A stretch of 63,831 nucleotides of DNA, the filler included, from Octopus bimaculoides (Eukaryota): assembly GCF_001194135.2 (NCBI RefSeq). It is 7 parts of 7 records of this genome, joined end to end, with 100 filler letters (N's around TTAATTAATTAA, not from the genome) between each part and the next. Parts side by side here need not be neighbours in the genome. Positions count along the whole stretch, not along the records: positions 8,369 to 34,025 come from NC_068995.1; 6 more parts are not named here. One strand, given 5' to 3'. Numbering within the stretch: position 1 is the first letter of the stretch; the number at the start of each line of letters is the position of its first letter. Below the pieces are notes generated by a model. The model made no database searches and had not been told where the DNA came from. It saw nothing but the letters and a program-made list of their open reading frames with translations. The position numbers and the translations under genes are program-made. Positions 12,121-26,094 of this stretch are shown in pieces.

Positions 12121-13790
12121 AGTTACACCTACCAAAATCAATAGACACAGCTGGAATGCCTAAGCTAGGTAATGGCTGACCTGTGGTTATATAATACCAA
12201 CGAATTCTCTTTCCAACAATAACAAAATTTAAGACGGAAAGCTGGCAGAATAGTTAGCATGCCGAACATAATGCTTAGCAGCATTTCGTCCGTCTTGTGC
12301 TTAGAAGCATTTCGTTCGTCTTTATGCTCTAAATAAAAATGTTACCATTTTCGACTTTACCTTTCTTCTTTTCAAGGGCGATAAAATAAGTACCAGTTGA
12401 TCACTGGGGTATCGATGACATCGACCCAAGTCTTATACAAATTTCCTTCTTGCCACTGGACCAGTCGCGGATAAATCAAGTTGTGCGGCAACGGATTGCG
12501 CGTCTTCCTCATCACCGGAAACAATTCTTTGCGCAGACTCCGATCCAGCATATAACGGAAGGGATTATACTCGTGTGTACGTTTATGAATTCATCACTCA
12601 TTTCCAACTCTTTATATTTTTGTTCCTGAGTGTGTGCAGTATTATCTTAAAACGTTTTAGAGGTATTAACCACACGTCTCTGTGGTATACATCAGTAAAT
12701 GTGCCTGGTGGATAACAAAGCATCGCCACCCATAGTTTAGAATTAAAGACTTCTTGTTAGCATTAAACTGAAACATTATATATTACTTTGATTTTGACAC
12801 AAGACCAGCAACTCTGAGGGAGCAGAAGTAACTCGATTACATGGACGACAGTGCTCGGCTGGCACTTATTTTATCGACTCCAGAAGAAGGAAAGGTAAGC
12901 AAGTATTTGAACTCAAAACGTAAAGGGCCGTAAGAAATGCCACTAAGCAGTTCGACCTGCTAACCATTGTATCAACTCACCCACAACATAGAACATATAT
13001 AAACTTTGAATGTACACTCGAATGATAAGGCTAATAAAACGGCAAAATGTAATTTTTTTTTATGGTAACACATTTTTAGACGATTAATCATTGTTCCGAT
13101 GCTGGTCTAGTGTATTGCGAAATGCTTTATAAAATTAGAAAGTGATTTTATAGAATATGCTATATTACTGAATTGTATTTATTGTGGGCGGTATGCAGTA
13201 CAGTGTGGAGTTAATATGTCATTTGTGTGTCAAACAGTGAACAACTGGCGTGGACATATTGCCTTTGTTCCTGTTATTTCTATTATACACTCGTACTGTT
13301 GTTGCCGTTTTTAGTCTCATACTTCACAACCTGCCATTTCGAATTTGTACTTTGATAGCTTTTTCAACTTTCTTCCGTGTGATGTTTCTGTCACAAGAGA
13401 GAGAGAGAGAGATGGCTATTATAGTAAATAGATTTTCATTAACTTATTTGATTAAGATACTCTAGAGCTTCACTTTGTCAGATTGGACATACATGTCCCA
13501 TAGTATCAAAGCCGTATCATTGTCAAATAGTAGCTTTGGTGCGTGCCAAAACCACTTTTTCTGTTTGATGATAAAGTACCTGCACACTGGTCAGTGGAAG
13601 AAGCTACCTATTCGATCATGTCTGTGGATATATTCTGTCTTTGAGTTGACTAGATAGTTGTAAAATAATTTGCTTGATTGTTTCTTATGGGGATTGCATC
13701 GTCTAGATTTGACATTCACGTCTTGTTTTGATAATTTAGTGCTGTAACATTGATCAAATCAAACCTTCCAGTTTTTCTTTTACTCCAAAG

Positions 13791-13854
13791 CTATTGAGCA
13801 ATTGTTAGCTTCTCTATCATTAATGGATGGACACTTGCAAAACAGTGACCATGG
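13791..13854 (+). CDS. Candidate isolated exon, product unknown
   Basis: Strong acceptor TTTTTCTTTTACTCCAAAG and donor GG|GTTTGT. Open frame (A)IEQLLASLSLMDGHLQNSDH(G). No homology recognised. Confidence 0.22.
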
Positions 13855-14439
13855 GTTTGTTTTATTCTGTCTTTTATTTTCAATACATTTGAAGGTTAGC
13901 TTTATTTTATATTTTTGTGCATCTTGGCTGCTGTTCTACCTTTATTTGAACCTTTGTCTTCCGTGTTATCATTATTTTCTTGCTGGTATTTTTATTGTCT
14001 TCATGCATTGCTTTATCCTTTTATTGTTTCAGCCATTGTACTGCGGTCACGAGGGAGCACTATTTTCATGTGATAACCGAACCCCATACTTACACTTAAG
14101 TCTGCTACTTATTGAATCGAACCGCTAAGTTACAAGGCATGATAACTAGCAAACATACACACACATGCACATGCACGCTCATATGCATATATACGACGGG
14201 AGAGCCTCCGCACAGTTTCCATTTTTCAAATTCCACTCAAGCCATTGATAGATCCGAGACAATAATAGAGGAAACTTTGCCTTAGATGTCAAAACTACGT
14301 AGCTGAGACATAGACTTCTTAATTACAACGCCTGGAACTATTCTTAATAGCTCAGTCAGTCTCCTTTTCACAGAGAAAATCACTTTTATTTTGTTTTAAC
14401 TTATTCCTTTGTCAGTTATATCAATATAACACTATGTAA

Positions 14440-14475
<36 letters not shown>

Positions 14476-16538
14476 TCTTGGACCTGTAAGTGTTTTTTTC
14501 GTATTTGCTTCTGTTTAGAAATGAAAGGAAACAGCCACTATTTCCTTCAAACTTTGCTTTTGTGGCGCGGACATCAATGTTTTAAAACTGACTTATTTTC
14601 CGTCACATTTCAGACAGATTCAACGCTGAGTTGCTGAAATAGAAATACCGTTATAGCAAATATTCTGCTCGATGCCACAGGTTTGCTTCTCAGTTGTTTG
14701 ACCTTAACCACTTGGGTATGTCTCTTTGTGATTGATGATATGCGCATCTCTGATCATGTGCAGGAGTAGTTGGGGGAGCATCATAACCATGTATGGAGAA
14801 GGATTCTTAGGGGTTTGGATATAACAAAAAGAAAATTTGAAAGAAATATTAGCCATTTTTCATATTTTCTAGGAGTAAGCAAATAGGAAATAACAGTTGC
14901 TTCTCAAGGAAAAATACCCGTGTTACACTATAATCAACCTATCTTCTCTTACCCGCTCCGTATCTTGCTAGAATTACAGTCGGTGTATTGTAAAATATTT
15001 CTCATTTGTGTGAAGCGTTCTTTCTTCATTCGTATATACTACACACAAACTTCTCTTCATTGTTACTTTAAAGAGATGGGTTCGGATTGCACTGAGTAGT
15101 TTTATTATTTTCTTCAGCAAGCTTTACGTTTCACTTTTCTAATTTATTATATTGAAACTGTAATTTATAAGTGCAACTGACTTGGTTATTTTTACCTTCA
15201 ACCGTAATTCTGGCATTAAGTTCTGTTTTTAATACCACTCTGACTTTCTCGTCTGCATTACTCAGTTGTAATTTTCTCCTTCAGTTTCATTAAATTCTAA
15301 GTATTTGGCTCGTTAGTTTTGGTCTAGTTCTCTTATTTCAGTCTTTAAATCTAACTTAATGTTTTGAATTTTAATTAATAGCCTCTTCTTAGAATCACTT
15401 TCATACGTTTATCTAATCTTAGACACATTTTGAAATCATTGTTGAATTCATCTCATTTATTTAGTAGCATCTCTAAATGGGTATTATAACCGCTGGTAAA
15501 TACCTTTAAATTATCTATATCCTGAATATGTTTTGTAATTTGTTGTTAGTGTTTTTATTATTATTATAATCAGCAAGGTATTTTATCTTTTTGCGGTCGA
15601 TAGATTAGGTACCAGTCAAGTCCTGGAGTCGGTGTAATCGACTAGCGAGCTCCCACAAATTTCAGGCTTTGTCCTAAAGTAGAAAGGCTGCAAGCTGGCA
15701 GAATCGTTAGTAGACCGGACAAAATACTTAGTGATTTTACGTACGGGTTCAAATTCTACTGTGTCCGGTTGTCTCTTTCTGTTTTTTTTTTTTTTCGGTG
15801 TCGATAAAACAAGTACCAATTGAGTACTAGGGTCCATGTAATCAACTAGCTTCCTCCTCCAACATTTCATGCTTTATGCCTGTGATTGAAAGTATATTTA
15901 TTACAATCAACGGGGCAGTGGTATATCAGAAACGGTAGAACGTTTAGATACATAATTTTTAGTTTTGGGTTCTAATCTCACTGAGGCTCAGTCTTAACCT
16001 GTCTTTCTTGCGCAATCGTTAAATTGAAATACTTGTGAAGTACTGGAGCCGATTTAATCTTATATGCTCTCTCTACAACTTTCTGACCGTGACCATTGTT
16101 AGGAATTATTATTGGAGGCAGAGGTCTCACAGAATTGTTAGAGCATCACATAAAATGTCTTGCAGCATTTAGTTGAGGTACATTGAGGTCAACTTCACCC
16201 TTCATGCTTCAAAAGCTTGATAAAATAAGGTACCACACAGTGCAACCAGAATAAGTGGTCATGCAGAGACTCCTGCCCCGGCTTTTTAAACTTGTAATAT
16301 GAAAGTAGGAATTTATATTAGTTATAATACGACACCGCAGATTAAAAGGAGACATGGTTCTTGAGAAAACCTGTTCTGCTGTGAAAATGCAAGATGGTGG
16401 CTAGAAATGCAAGTACGTAAATCACGATAGCGTGATTTTAAAAATGGATTATATTCATGATTTCAAGTCGTTTTCTATACAGTATGATGTTATCCATGCA
16501 TACAGGATAGCATGTGAGTGCGTGTGCGGTGTATCATA

Positions 16539-16574
<36 letters not shown>

Positions 16575-16733
16575 TGTGTGCGTATGTGTGCTAGTGCGTG
16601 TGCGTATGTGCACGTGTATGTATGTATGAATACGCACACGTGCATAGAAAATATTTATATGCAAACATTGATGTGTGGAGTGATTATTGTGTGTGTGTGT
16701 GTGAGTGTGTGTGTACATGTACGTATGAACAAA

Positions 16734-17966
16734 CTGGGTGTTCGGGCTAATTTCACAGTTGGTATAAAAATTAAAGAAAACAATATTCCATCCGAAAATA
16801 AAAGTATTTTAAAAACTCAATGAAATACCAACTATATTATAACTGGGAGATAACAGTTTACTTAAAGTCCCCGCCTTGAACTTCCGCCACAGCCTCAAGA
16901 CGGCTCCAGAACCTGGTGTATACGTTCCTCCCTATGACCGTGGAAGGTATTCGAACACCTACCTGATCGGCCTTGGTGCTGCAGGCAGAGTGAATCTCTT
17001 TACGAACTGCGCCCAACGGGATTAAAATCGAGAGGATTAAGAGCCCAGAAATAGGGGCTGGTATGATCGTAGAAATCTTCCGACATCCACTTCTGACTCT
17101 TTCCAGTGGTATGGCAATGAGCCGAATCTTACTGCCACACTTATAGCTTCCTGCTGCAAACCTCTCCTGCCAGGTTTTGACCACAATGGCTTCATAGAGC
17201 CATCTGAATTGAGCCTAAGGTCCAGTTCAATCATCTAGGGAGACATGACGTCACCCTCAATGGAGACACACCCAAACTTCATCACAGCTGGAGGAGGGAA
17301 CTTAATTTTCATGATTCGAGGGATATTACATGGATTGTAGGCAAAGTATGTGTTGTTCTGGGTGTTGTGCAACTGGTCCTGGAGAAGTTCTTTTACTCTG
17401 AGAAGAACGGGGACATTCCCGGCTAAACAAACTTATTCGGATTCTTCAAGAGTTTCTTTGCTTCTCCTTAAACTTGGCAGTAAGAATTTGTCATTTATAC
17501 CTTTTGTACACGTGATAGTGAAGGTCATAATTCAGGGTCAGCTTCATGGGGGAAACTCCAAAACCAGTTTCTCTCTCTCTCTCTCCCTCGCTAAAAGCGC
17601 GGATTCCCTTCCTCGGATATTCCATCAACTTGTCCTTTAGTCGGATGAATTCCAGCATACGGATGCAATCAGAACAACTACTGTGTCCATTCCTGCTTGC
17701 CATGGCTTCGTAGTCTCCGTTGCAGCTGTCCATGTCACAGAAGATTGAACAGCAGTCATGGCGTTGGCATTTTGATACCCGGCGTGTATTATCATGATAG
17801 AAGTAACTTTTTTCCAATATTCCGAGAGCTACCATTCCTCCATATCAACTAATTTGTTTTTCAACTACAACTCTAATCTTTATGCTCCATTGACTGTTCA
17901 CTAATACAGCAAGGTGTTCCTGAAAAGGGAGAGACATAAAAAAAAGGGTGAAATTTAGCCCGAACA
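16734..17966 (-). mobile_element. Decayed maT-like (DD37D) Tc1/mariner transposon
   Basis: Inverted ends ctgggtgttcgggctaatttcac (16734-16756) and gtgaaatttagcccgaaca (17948-17966). Pseudogene fragments include WKKVTSIMIIHAG, GDYEAMASRNGHSSCSDCIR, QDQLHNTQNN, VMKFGCVSIEGDVM, VWQ*DSAHCHTTGKSQKWMSEDFYDHTSPYFWALNPLDFNP and RFWSRLEAVAEVQGGDFK. The spacing fits DD37D, although the third Asp falls in a small deletion. Confidence 0.88.
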
Positions 17967-18223
17967 TATATGTATGTATGTATGTATGTATGTACGTATG
18001 TATGTATAGGTATTATATAGAGAGAAGGGTAAAGGGAGAGAGACAGAGTGAAAGAGAGAGATGTTAGCCCATGTTGATGTATTGTCTATTACAACGTTTT
18101 AGCGTCGGCATTCATTGTTCTGATGATGATGATGATGACGATGGTGATGATAATAATAGCGATGGATATGGGTCATGTGAAGTAAGCAAGACATGTAGGA
18201 TGAGACAGAATATGTATACATAT

Positions 18224-18285
<62 letters not shown>

Positions 18286-19969
18286 NNNNNNNNNNNNNNN
18301 NNNNNNNNNNNNNNNNNNNNNNNNNNNNNNNNNNNNNNNNNNNNNNNNNNNNNNNNNNNNNNNNNNNNNNNNNNNNNNNNNNNNNNNNNNNNNNNNNNNN
18401 NNNNNNNNNNNNNNNNNNNNNNNNNNNNNNNNNNNNNNNNNNNNNNNNNNNNNNNNNNNNNNNNNNNNNNNNNNNNNNNNNNNNNNNNNNNNNNNNNNNN
18501 NNNNNNNNNNNNNNNNNNNNNNNNNNNNNNNNNNNNNNNNNNNNNNNNNNNNNNNNNNNNNNNNNNNNNNNNNNNNNNNNNNNNNNNNNNNNNNNNNNNN
18601 NNNNNNNNNNNNNNNNNNNNNNNNNNNNNNNNNNNNNNNNNNNNNNATATATATATATATATATATATAAAGGGAAAGAAGGGGTGAATGAGAGACAGAG
18701 AGATCGTGTGTGAAAATAAAAAAAAAGAAGTGATTGAGAGATAGCAGAGTGAAACCGCAATACGTTGTGTTAAGCATTCATTCATTTGGCATCGTCTCTC
18801 CACGGTGTTGCGATATGTTCTTTATAAAAGATAAAAGACATTCATTATTTTCTTCTGTCTCCTGGGAAATCTATCGACTCCGCCATTTTGTCACCTTTCC
18901 CGCTACCTCTGCTGCGCTACGTCACAAGCTTATCGTACGCCCACATCAAACAAGGCTACTCTAACACTGTATCTCAATGTGTCTGTTTGTGTATGTCTGT
19001 GTATAGGTTTGTGTGTGGTGGTTTGTGTATGTGTAATATGGTGAGCCGCACATGATGTGTAATGTCGGCTGTGTTGATGGCGAATAAAGATGCTTCGATC
19101 GTTGGAAAGAGTGGGATGGGTGGCAAAGGGGTGGAGTGTGTGACCTTGCAGTAGCAAAATTATGAAAGCAGTGAGGCAGCTTTTATTATTGTGTTGACGA
19201 TGATGTTGGTGGTTGTGGTATGAAATTGCTTAGACTGTTTTTGTGGGTGTTGTTGTTGTTGTTTGTGGTGGTGGTGGTTATAATGAGGTTGTGTCTTGTT
19301 CTTCTTTAGCACCAGGTCAGCTTCCTTATACCATCAAATCTATGATCAAAGACATTCTAGCCTTGGCCATCTCGTCTTTTTTATTGTATCTCGAACACAT
19401 TGTCCTTCCTGTCCTTCCTGTTTTAAGGGAGAATAATGTGAGTGGAGAGAATTTGGTTGCTATTTCTTACTGAGCGACTGCGTAGACGTTACTTCATTTG
19501 TTTCGCCTAATTTACAATTGATGTTATTGCTGTTCTTCTTTACGCTCAAGTCAAAACTGTACGTGTCTTATGATTAATGACATTCCAAACAGTAACACTC
19601 TTCCTTTTATGAAGATTTGACTACTATGTCTAGCAAGTCAATAATGGTATAGATAATGGAGAGGATGTACTGTGGGAGTAGACGTCAGGGGTAATTCCTT
19701 AGTATGGACCATCTTTTAGACTACGATGTTGTCCAGTATCCATTTAAATCAGCCTCCACTGAGTTGGTATAACCAAAGACGTATCTTAACTCATCATAAA
19801 TTATCTGTATTTAGTCTTTATTACTAAAATCCTTGATGAGCAGTTTCAAACGGGGATTACATTTCACATGGGATCTTTATTGGTTTGGTGTTGAGAATGA
19901 TGTTGCGCTCCTGGAACTCAGAAGACTCCAAATTTGGTGAAACTGATGCAGTTAACGTTCCACTTAAAC

Positions 19970-20298
19970 CAGTGGTTCTTAATCGAGGTCCATATAAGAT
20001 TTTTTTGGGGGGGGCGGGGGGTCATATAAGCAAATTCATAAATTGGGCCCTCAATATCATTTTAATGGTCCACGAAAAATGTTGCTATAGATGTATTTAT
20101 TGCAAGAAACAGCTAGGTTTCTCTCTCTAATGTTTTATATAGTTCAACCTACACAAGTTAATGTTTGATGAACAAAATAGTAATTTTGAAAGAAGTATCT
20201 ATAAAATTACTTTTTAAACATGGAGCGGCTCTGGGGATCCACCAGAATAAAATGGTAATCAAAGGGGTCCACAGAGGAAAAATGGTTGAGAATTGCTG
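19970..20298. mobile_element. hAT (Charlie-like) MITE with a perfect 8-bp TSD
   Basis: TIRs CAGTGGTTCTTAAT and GTTGAGAATTGCTG. Identical flanking ACTTAAAC at 19962-19969 and 20299-20306. Confidence 0.9.
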
Positions 20299-20960
20299 AC
20301 TTAAACTGTTATAAATTGCGAGTTGACAGTCTGTGGAAGGAAGGAAATCCAGAGAGCCAATGTTATGATTAGGAAAATCCAAGTATAGTTACTAGGACAA
20401 GATTCGAGAAGAAAGATACCATATAGGTGACAAGAGGAAAAGGGTTGAGTCACTTACGCCGGAGTTGAGGTGGCTTGAGGCTCTCATCACAGACGATCGG
20501 TGGTCATTGTGAATGTGTTAAAAAAAATGAAGATGAAGAGAGGATGACAGGCGTGTGTAAGCCTCATAATGATATACGTTTGTAAGTGACTTTATGTCTG
20601 TCAATCAAGTGGCTTTTTTCAATGTCTGCAATAGTTATGTGTTTAGCAGCAATAGCGTCTCAGATTCGAGAGTAATATTCCATAGCGTATCTCACTCGAG
20701 CTTTCTATAAGGTTGATATATGGGAGGATTGAACTATTTTCTGGCCCTTGAGAAGAATAATTGACATACAGTCTTTTCTGTGTTGAGAATGTATGTTGGC
20801 CAAAAGCGACAATCAGTGATTGTGAGCCTAAGCTGAAAATTCTAGTTGCATTATATTCATATTCAACGGAATTAGACAAGAATTTTTTTTTTTTTCAGAT
20901 ATGCAAAGTGATGTGCCATTGTACTGTTGAGGGAGACGGGATTACTTCTTCCATCTTGTA

Positions 20961-21157
20961 CCTTTTACTTGTGTCAGTCATTAGACAGCGGCCATGCTGG
21001 AGCACCGCCTTAAAGAGTTTCTGGTCGAATAAATTGGCCGCGGTGCTTATTTTTATTTAAGTCTCGTACTTTTATTCTGTATGCCACTCTTTGCCGAACC
21101 GCTAAGTTACGGGGACGTAAACACAGACACACACACAAACACACACACACGCACGCA

Positions 21158-21189
<32 letters not shown>

Positions 21190-21206
21190 TACACACACAC
21201 ACACAT

Positions 21207-21237
<31 letters not shown>

Positions 21238-21390
21238 CGACGAGCTTCTTTCAATTTCCGTCTACCAAACCCATGTAAATGGGTCGGCTCGAAGCTATAG
21301 TAGAAGACACTTGCCCAAGGTGCCACGCTATGGGACTGAACCCGGAACCATATGGTTGGGAAGCAAGCTTCTTGCCACTTAGCCTGCACC
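20961..21390 (-). mobile_element. SINE family A, near full length
   Basis: Head, internal (TA)(CA)(CACG) microsatellite and tail are all present in reverse; CpGs retained. Confidence 0.88.
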
Positions 21391-22307
21391 TACTGTTCGC
21401 AGAATCAATAAATATTTAGGGTGAAGTGTCTAGGTTTCCTTTTGACGATGCTTCGATTTCCAAATGTTCACGAGTAATTATGTATTGTGATAGGCATCGT
21501 AACAGGTGTTGTTGGACGTGGTATCGAGTAGTTTGTTGATGTATAAGCCTGGTTGTATGAGCCTGAATTCCCCATATGGTCCAATAATCAGCTTTGCACG
21601 AGCCTGGATGTGTTTGTTATTCGAGTTGTTAATGTTGCTAGTTAATTTGCATCGTGATTTCACTGCTTGCTTTATAGTTTATATTGGATACAAATATTTG
21701 CCTGTTTTCTAGTTATGTTTGTTTTATTTTCTTGGATATTTTCTTGTTTTGTTGTTTGATGTTGAGTTTTTATGTGCGGTGTTGGCGCGATATGTTTGAG
21801 ATTATCTCTGGATTTTATTAGGTTGGCTATTTCAGTTGTGTTATTTAAATTATGTTTTTTCTGGTGTTGCCTTTGGGGACAAATTTTTTTAAGCTTCTAA
21901 ATAAATTTATCATGTGTATTTAGTGCAATATCATTGGTTGTGATTTGCTGAACTGAACGAAAAGTAATTATAGGTGGTGGTGGTTGTGATGGTGGTGGTG
22001 ATGGATGTTGTTTTAGGAGCTTTTGCTTTCGTTTTTTTTCTTAGATTACGAAAGTGTTTTCCGTTTTATTCACTTATATCTGAGGGATTCTAGCGAGAAG
22101 AGTCACATGGTTAAATCATAATAGCGGGGTTGTTTGTTATGTGGTTGCGGCAGCAATGTTTATAAGACAAAATTATACATGTAGAGGGGCTGTATGTATA
22201 TATGAGATTATGTGGGGCTCGTTTTAAGAAGAACTCTGCTGAAAATTCTTGTTGGAAAAAACGGATTGTGTAAATGCCCTGTCAATGGCTCCAACAGTAG
22301 AAGCACC

Positions 22308-22332
22308 AACAGCAGCAGCAGCAGCAGCAGCT

Positions 22333-22392
<60 letters not shown>
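22308..22392. repeat. Compound (CAG)n(TAG)n microsatellite
   Basis: Directly visible; source of the poly-Ser and poly-Leu ORFs. Confidence 0.95.
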
Positions 22393-24557
22393 AGTTAGTA
22401 AGGATAATAATGCTTGATGACTTGAGAAAATGGATGGTAAACTGGGGGGTTAGAAGAAACAATGAAGGATGATGATGATGATGATGATGATGACAATCCC
22501 CACCACCACCACCACCACAAAGGCAGCGGCAGGAGCGGCGGCTGGACTGATTGCGGGAGCGGCGGCTGGACTGATTGCGGGAGCGGTGGCTGGAGTGGCG
22601 GCGGGGGCGGAAGCGAGAGTGGTGGTAGTTTTAGCAATGAACATATCCCTTTTCGATGTTGTCCATATTGCGTAGTCGAGTATTTTCATTAAGTTCATTC
22701 CATTTCTTGTTAAAGAAAATTCTTTACAGTAATCACAGGCACTTTTCACCAATGTATTCAGCAAATGTTCATATAAATTATGGACTTGGGACTACGATAT
22801 TAAGTTTGTAGAGTATAAGAGTAAACGGGAAGAGTTAACTTGTTATGATTAGTGCTAACAAATCTTCCACTAAAAATGTTCTGATTCAATAGACAGAGTA
22901 AAAAATTATAGATTCCCTCTGCGACCGATGGTGTAAAGCCTGTCACTTAAGTAAGGCTAGATATAAAACCACCCAGGAGGACGATTTTATCGAATCTCAG
23001 GCTTATATTATATCAGTTCAAATGAAAATATCTTTCGGGAGTAAAAAATACCTCACATTACTCGATATTGAATTAAATTTTGTAAGATAGACCTATATCA
23101 TCATGCGAATGTGTATGTGCTTGGGCTGGTGTGCGTACTTGTGTGTATGTGCGCACGTGGTACATGAGTGACCAACGAACCGTTGCGGGCGAAATTTCGA
23201 AGTCATAGATATCCTACGTTTCTGCTAAATAATTTGCATACAGACACACGCGCGTGTATGTGTGTATATATCTATGTGAGTATGCGTGTGTCATGTATAT
23301 ATATAAATATTACATATATATTTCATAAATACTTAGATTCATACACACGCATATACGTATATGCATATACAATGCAGTTATGAAGACCTTGTTAGTTCAA
23401 AGATACAAGTACTTTCAAAATGCATAAACAGGTTGAACAGCTCTTACAGATGTATGCTGAAATCTATCGCTTGAACAAATCCCAAGAATAAAACCTCTTT
23501 TATTTCCGTTTGGTACGTTCTCAGTATTATGTGTGTATATTATTAAGTCTATTTTCATATGCTGAGTTCTTGTTACTGTGATATGTACAAAATATATAAT
23601 CCATTAGACAGACAGACAGACAGACAAATAGATAGATAGATAAATAGATAGATAGATACATACATACCTACATACATACATAATATATATACATATATAT
23701 ATATANNNNNNNNNNNNNNNNNNNNNNNNNNNNNNNNNNNNNNNNNNNNNNNNNNNNNNNNNNNNNNNNNNNNNNNNNNNNNNNNNNNNNNNNNNNNNNN
23801 NNNNNNNNNNNNNNNNNNNNNNNNNNNNNNNNNNNNNNNNNNNNNNNNNNNNNNNNNNNNNNNNNNNNNNNNNNNNNNNNNNNNNNNNNNNNNNNNNNNN
23901 NNNNNNNNNNNNNNNNNNNNNNNNNNNNNNNNNNNNNNNNNNNNAAATAGTTACTGAAAAGTGATTTATCAAATCTGCAGGCATGGAAATCCATAGGCTT
24001 CTGAAACAGGAGCACAGAGAAAGGGTAAAAAGAAAATCCTTATACTATATGTTTACCGGTTCTAATTTTCTTCCCCGTTTTGCCTCATTATTTATAAGAA
24101 ATATCACATTTTAACTGTAGCAGCTATCACATAAAGTTTACCATCATAGTTTAACTGAGGCTATCTTCTAATTTCTGACGTTATAAATATTTAACATCAA
24201 AGCTACCTGAAACCAAATACAAATTATACCTACTTACAATGAGCTTTACATAGACTCTTTGCGGTGCAATTAAGTTTTAATGGCGTATTTGAGGTAGAAA
24301 GGTAATATTCTGAGAATGCTTAGCTTTTCATGCAATAGGAACTGTGAGTGTGCTATTTAAGGCCTTACTTAAATCTAGACAATGCAAGATAACTATTACA
24401 ATGAATTGAAAATGTTGTAGTTAACGATATATAATCGGGAGACCGTGGGACAATAGTCACGTGACATTATTATTTATATTTCTTTATTTTCTGAGTTTCA
24501 GTCCCTGAGATTTGGAGCCGATATTTATCTACATTTATATCTCGTTATATATATATA

Positions 24558-25783
24558 TCAGGTTGAGTAAAAAGTAAGCAACGTTTTAAACCATGAAGAA
24601 TTTGTACCGGATTTTTGCAGAGTTTTGAATTTTTTCAACATTTTTTTTTTTTTTTTTTTTTTTTTTTGGAACAGACATAGACTTGCCTAAATGCATCAAT
24701 AAATTAACATTGATATTTCTTTCACCGTTGTTACAATCATCTGAAATGGAAATGTGAAAGAGAGATATTCGAGCAATTCATCTTCACGAAAAGGATGCAA
24801 AGCGGCTGAAACAGCTCGTGAAACGTTTGGTGAGGAAATGACCAGTGAGTGGTCAGCTCGAAAATGGTTTAAACAATTTCGCAGTGGAGACCTGAGCCTT
24901 GAAGATCGTGAGCGTAGTGGACGCTCATCTGTCATCGATGACGGTCAATTAAAGACCGTCAGTGAAAGTGATCCACCAAACCACTCGAGAACTAACAAAA
25001 GAACTTCAAGATAACCAGGAAACTGCCTGCGGTCGGAAAATCAACAAAGCTCGACAAATGTGTGTCACACTATTTGTATGAAAATCAGAAAATGCACAAA
25101 TATGAATTTGCACGTCGCTTCTTCTCCGCAACCAGACCAATCCATCTCTCGGCAGTATTGTAACTTGCGATAAAAAGTGGATTGTGAACAATAATAAAAA
25201 GTGTTCTTCGCAGTGGTTGGACCAAGATGAAGCACTGAAAACCTTTCCTAAACCCGAGCTCTTCAAAAAGAAGGTTATGGTGTCTGTTTGGTGGTATACT
25301 GCTGGACTCATCCACTATAACTTCTTAAAACCTGGAAAAACCATTACTGCAGAAACATGATACTATGAAATTGCCAAAATGAACGAAAAACTACTTCTTC
25401 TCAGTTCCAGACTGGTCAGCAGAAGAGGGCCAATCATTTCTTCATGACGCTCCAGAAGTTGAGGGAACTTGGCTACGAATTTCTTAACCACAAAGCTTAA
25501 TCCCCAGACCTTCCTCCTACCGAAAACCACTTTTCAACCACCTTGATGGTTTCCTGCGAGAGAAGGAATTCAAAAATCAAACCGATGCTGAAAGTGTGTT
25601 CAAAGAGTTCATCAGCTCCAGAACTCCAAAATTTTATGTTACCAGAATAAACAAACTAGAAACTCGTTGGAAAAAATGTGTTGATTGTAATGGTCCTTAC
25701 TTTCATGAATAAAATTTCCGCATTGTTAAAATATATGATGAATTTTATGTTTCAAAATGTTGCTTACTTTTTATTCAGTCTTA
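24558..25783 (+). mobile_element. Decayed mariner (DD34D) transposon
   Basis: TIRs TCAGGTTGAGTAAAAAGTAAGCAAC and GTTGCTTACTTTTTATTCAGTCTTA, each flanked by TA. Transposase fragments: KAAETARE, WFKQFRSGDLSLEDRERSGR, VTCDKKWI, KKVMVSVWW, SPDLPPT and KLETRWKKCVDCNGPYF, with frameshifts and deletions. Confidence 0.93.
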
Positions 25784-25854
25784 TATATTCATATTGACAT
25801 GAGATGAAGTTCTTGGAGTTCCAAGATGCAACTGAAAATGTAGGTTATGTCATC

Positions 25855-26059
25855 CAGTTCTATATTTAAGAGATGAAGAATTATGTAGATTATTTACATT
25901 GTTTACATTTGACGGATATGTGTCCTCATCTTGTTTGTTAACACAACGTTTCGGCTGATATACCCTCCAGCCTTCATCAGATGTCTTGGGGAAATTTCGA
26001 ACATCGGTTCTCATTCCGAAGGTATTTTTCGATGTTGTTGTTATTATTATTATTATTAT

Positions 26060-26094
<35 letters not shown>

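Noticed and set aside
16419-16438. Perfect palindrome AAATCACG-ATAG-CGTGATTT near a YY1-like AAGATGGTGGC
   Set aside because: An isolated 8-bp stem is expected by chance in 64 kb, and nothing else supports it.
16858-17835. Initially read as a Gypsy integrase remnant
   Set aside because: Reassembling the frames gave a coherent maT-like transposase with matching TIRs.
21420-21900. Possible Penelope or LINE coding remnant
   Set aside because: No diagnostic motif could be reconstructed.
22208-22764. Poly-Leu, poly-Ser and Gly/Pro-rich ORFs that look like low-complexity proteins
   Set aside because: All overlapping frames are open because of trinucleotide repeats, and there is no splice context or recognisable domain.
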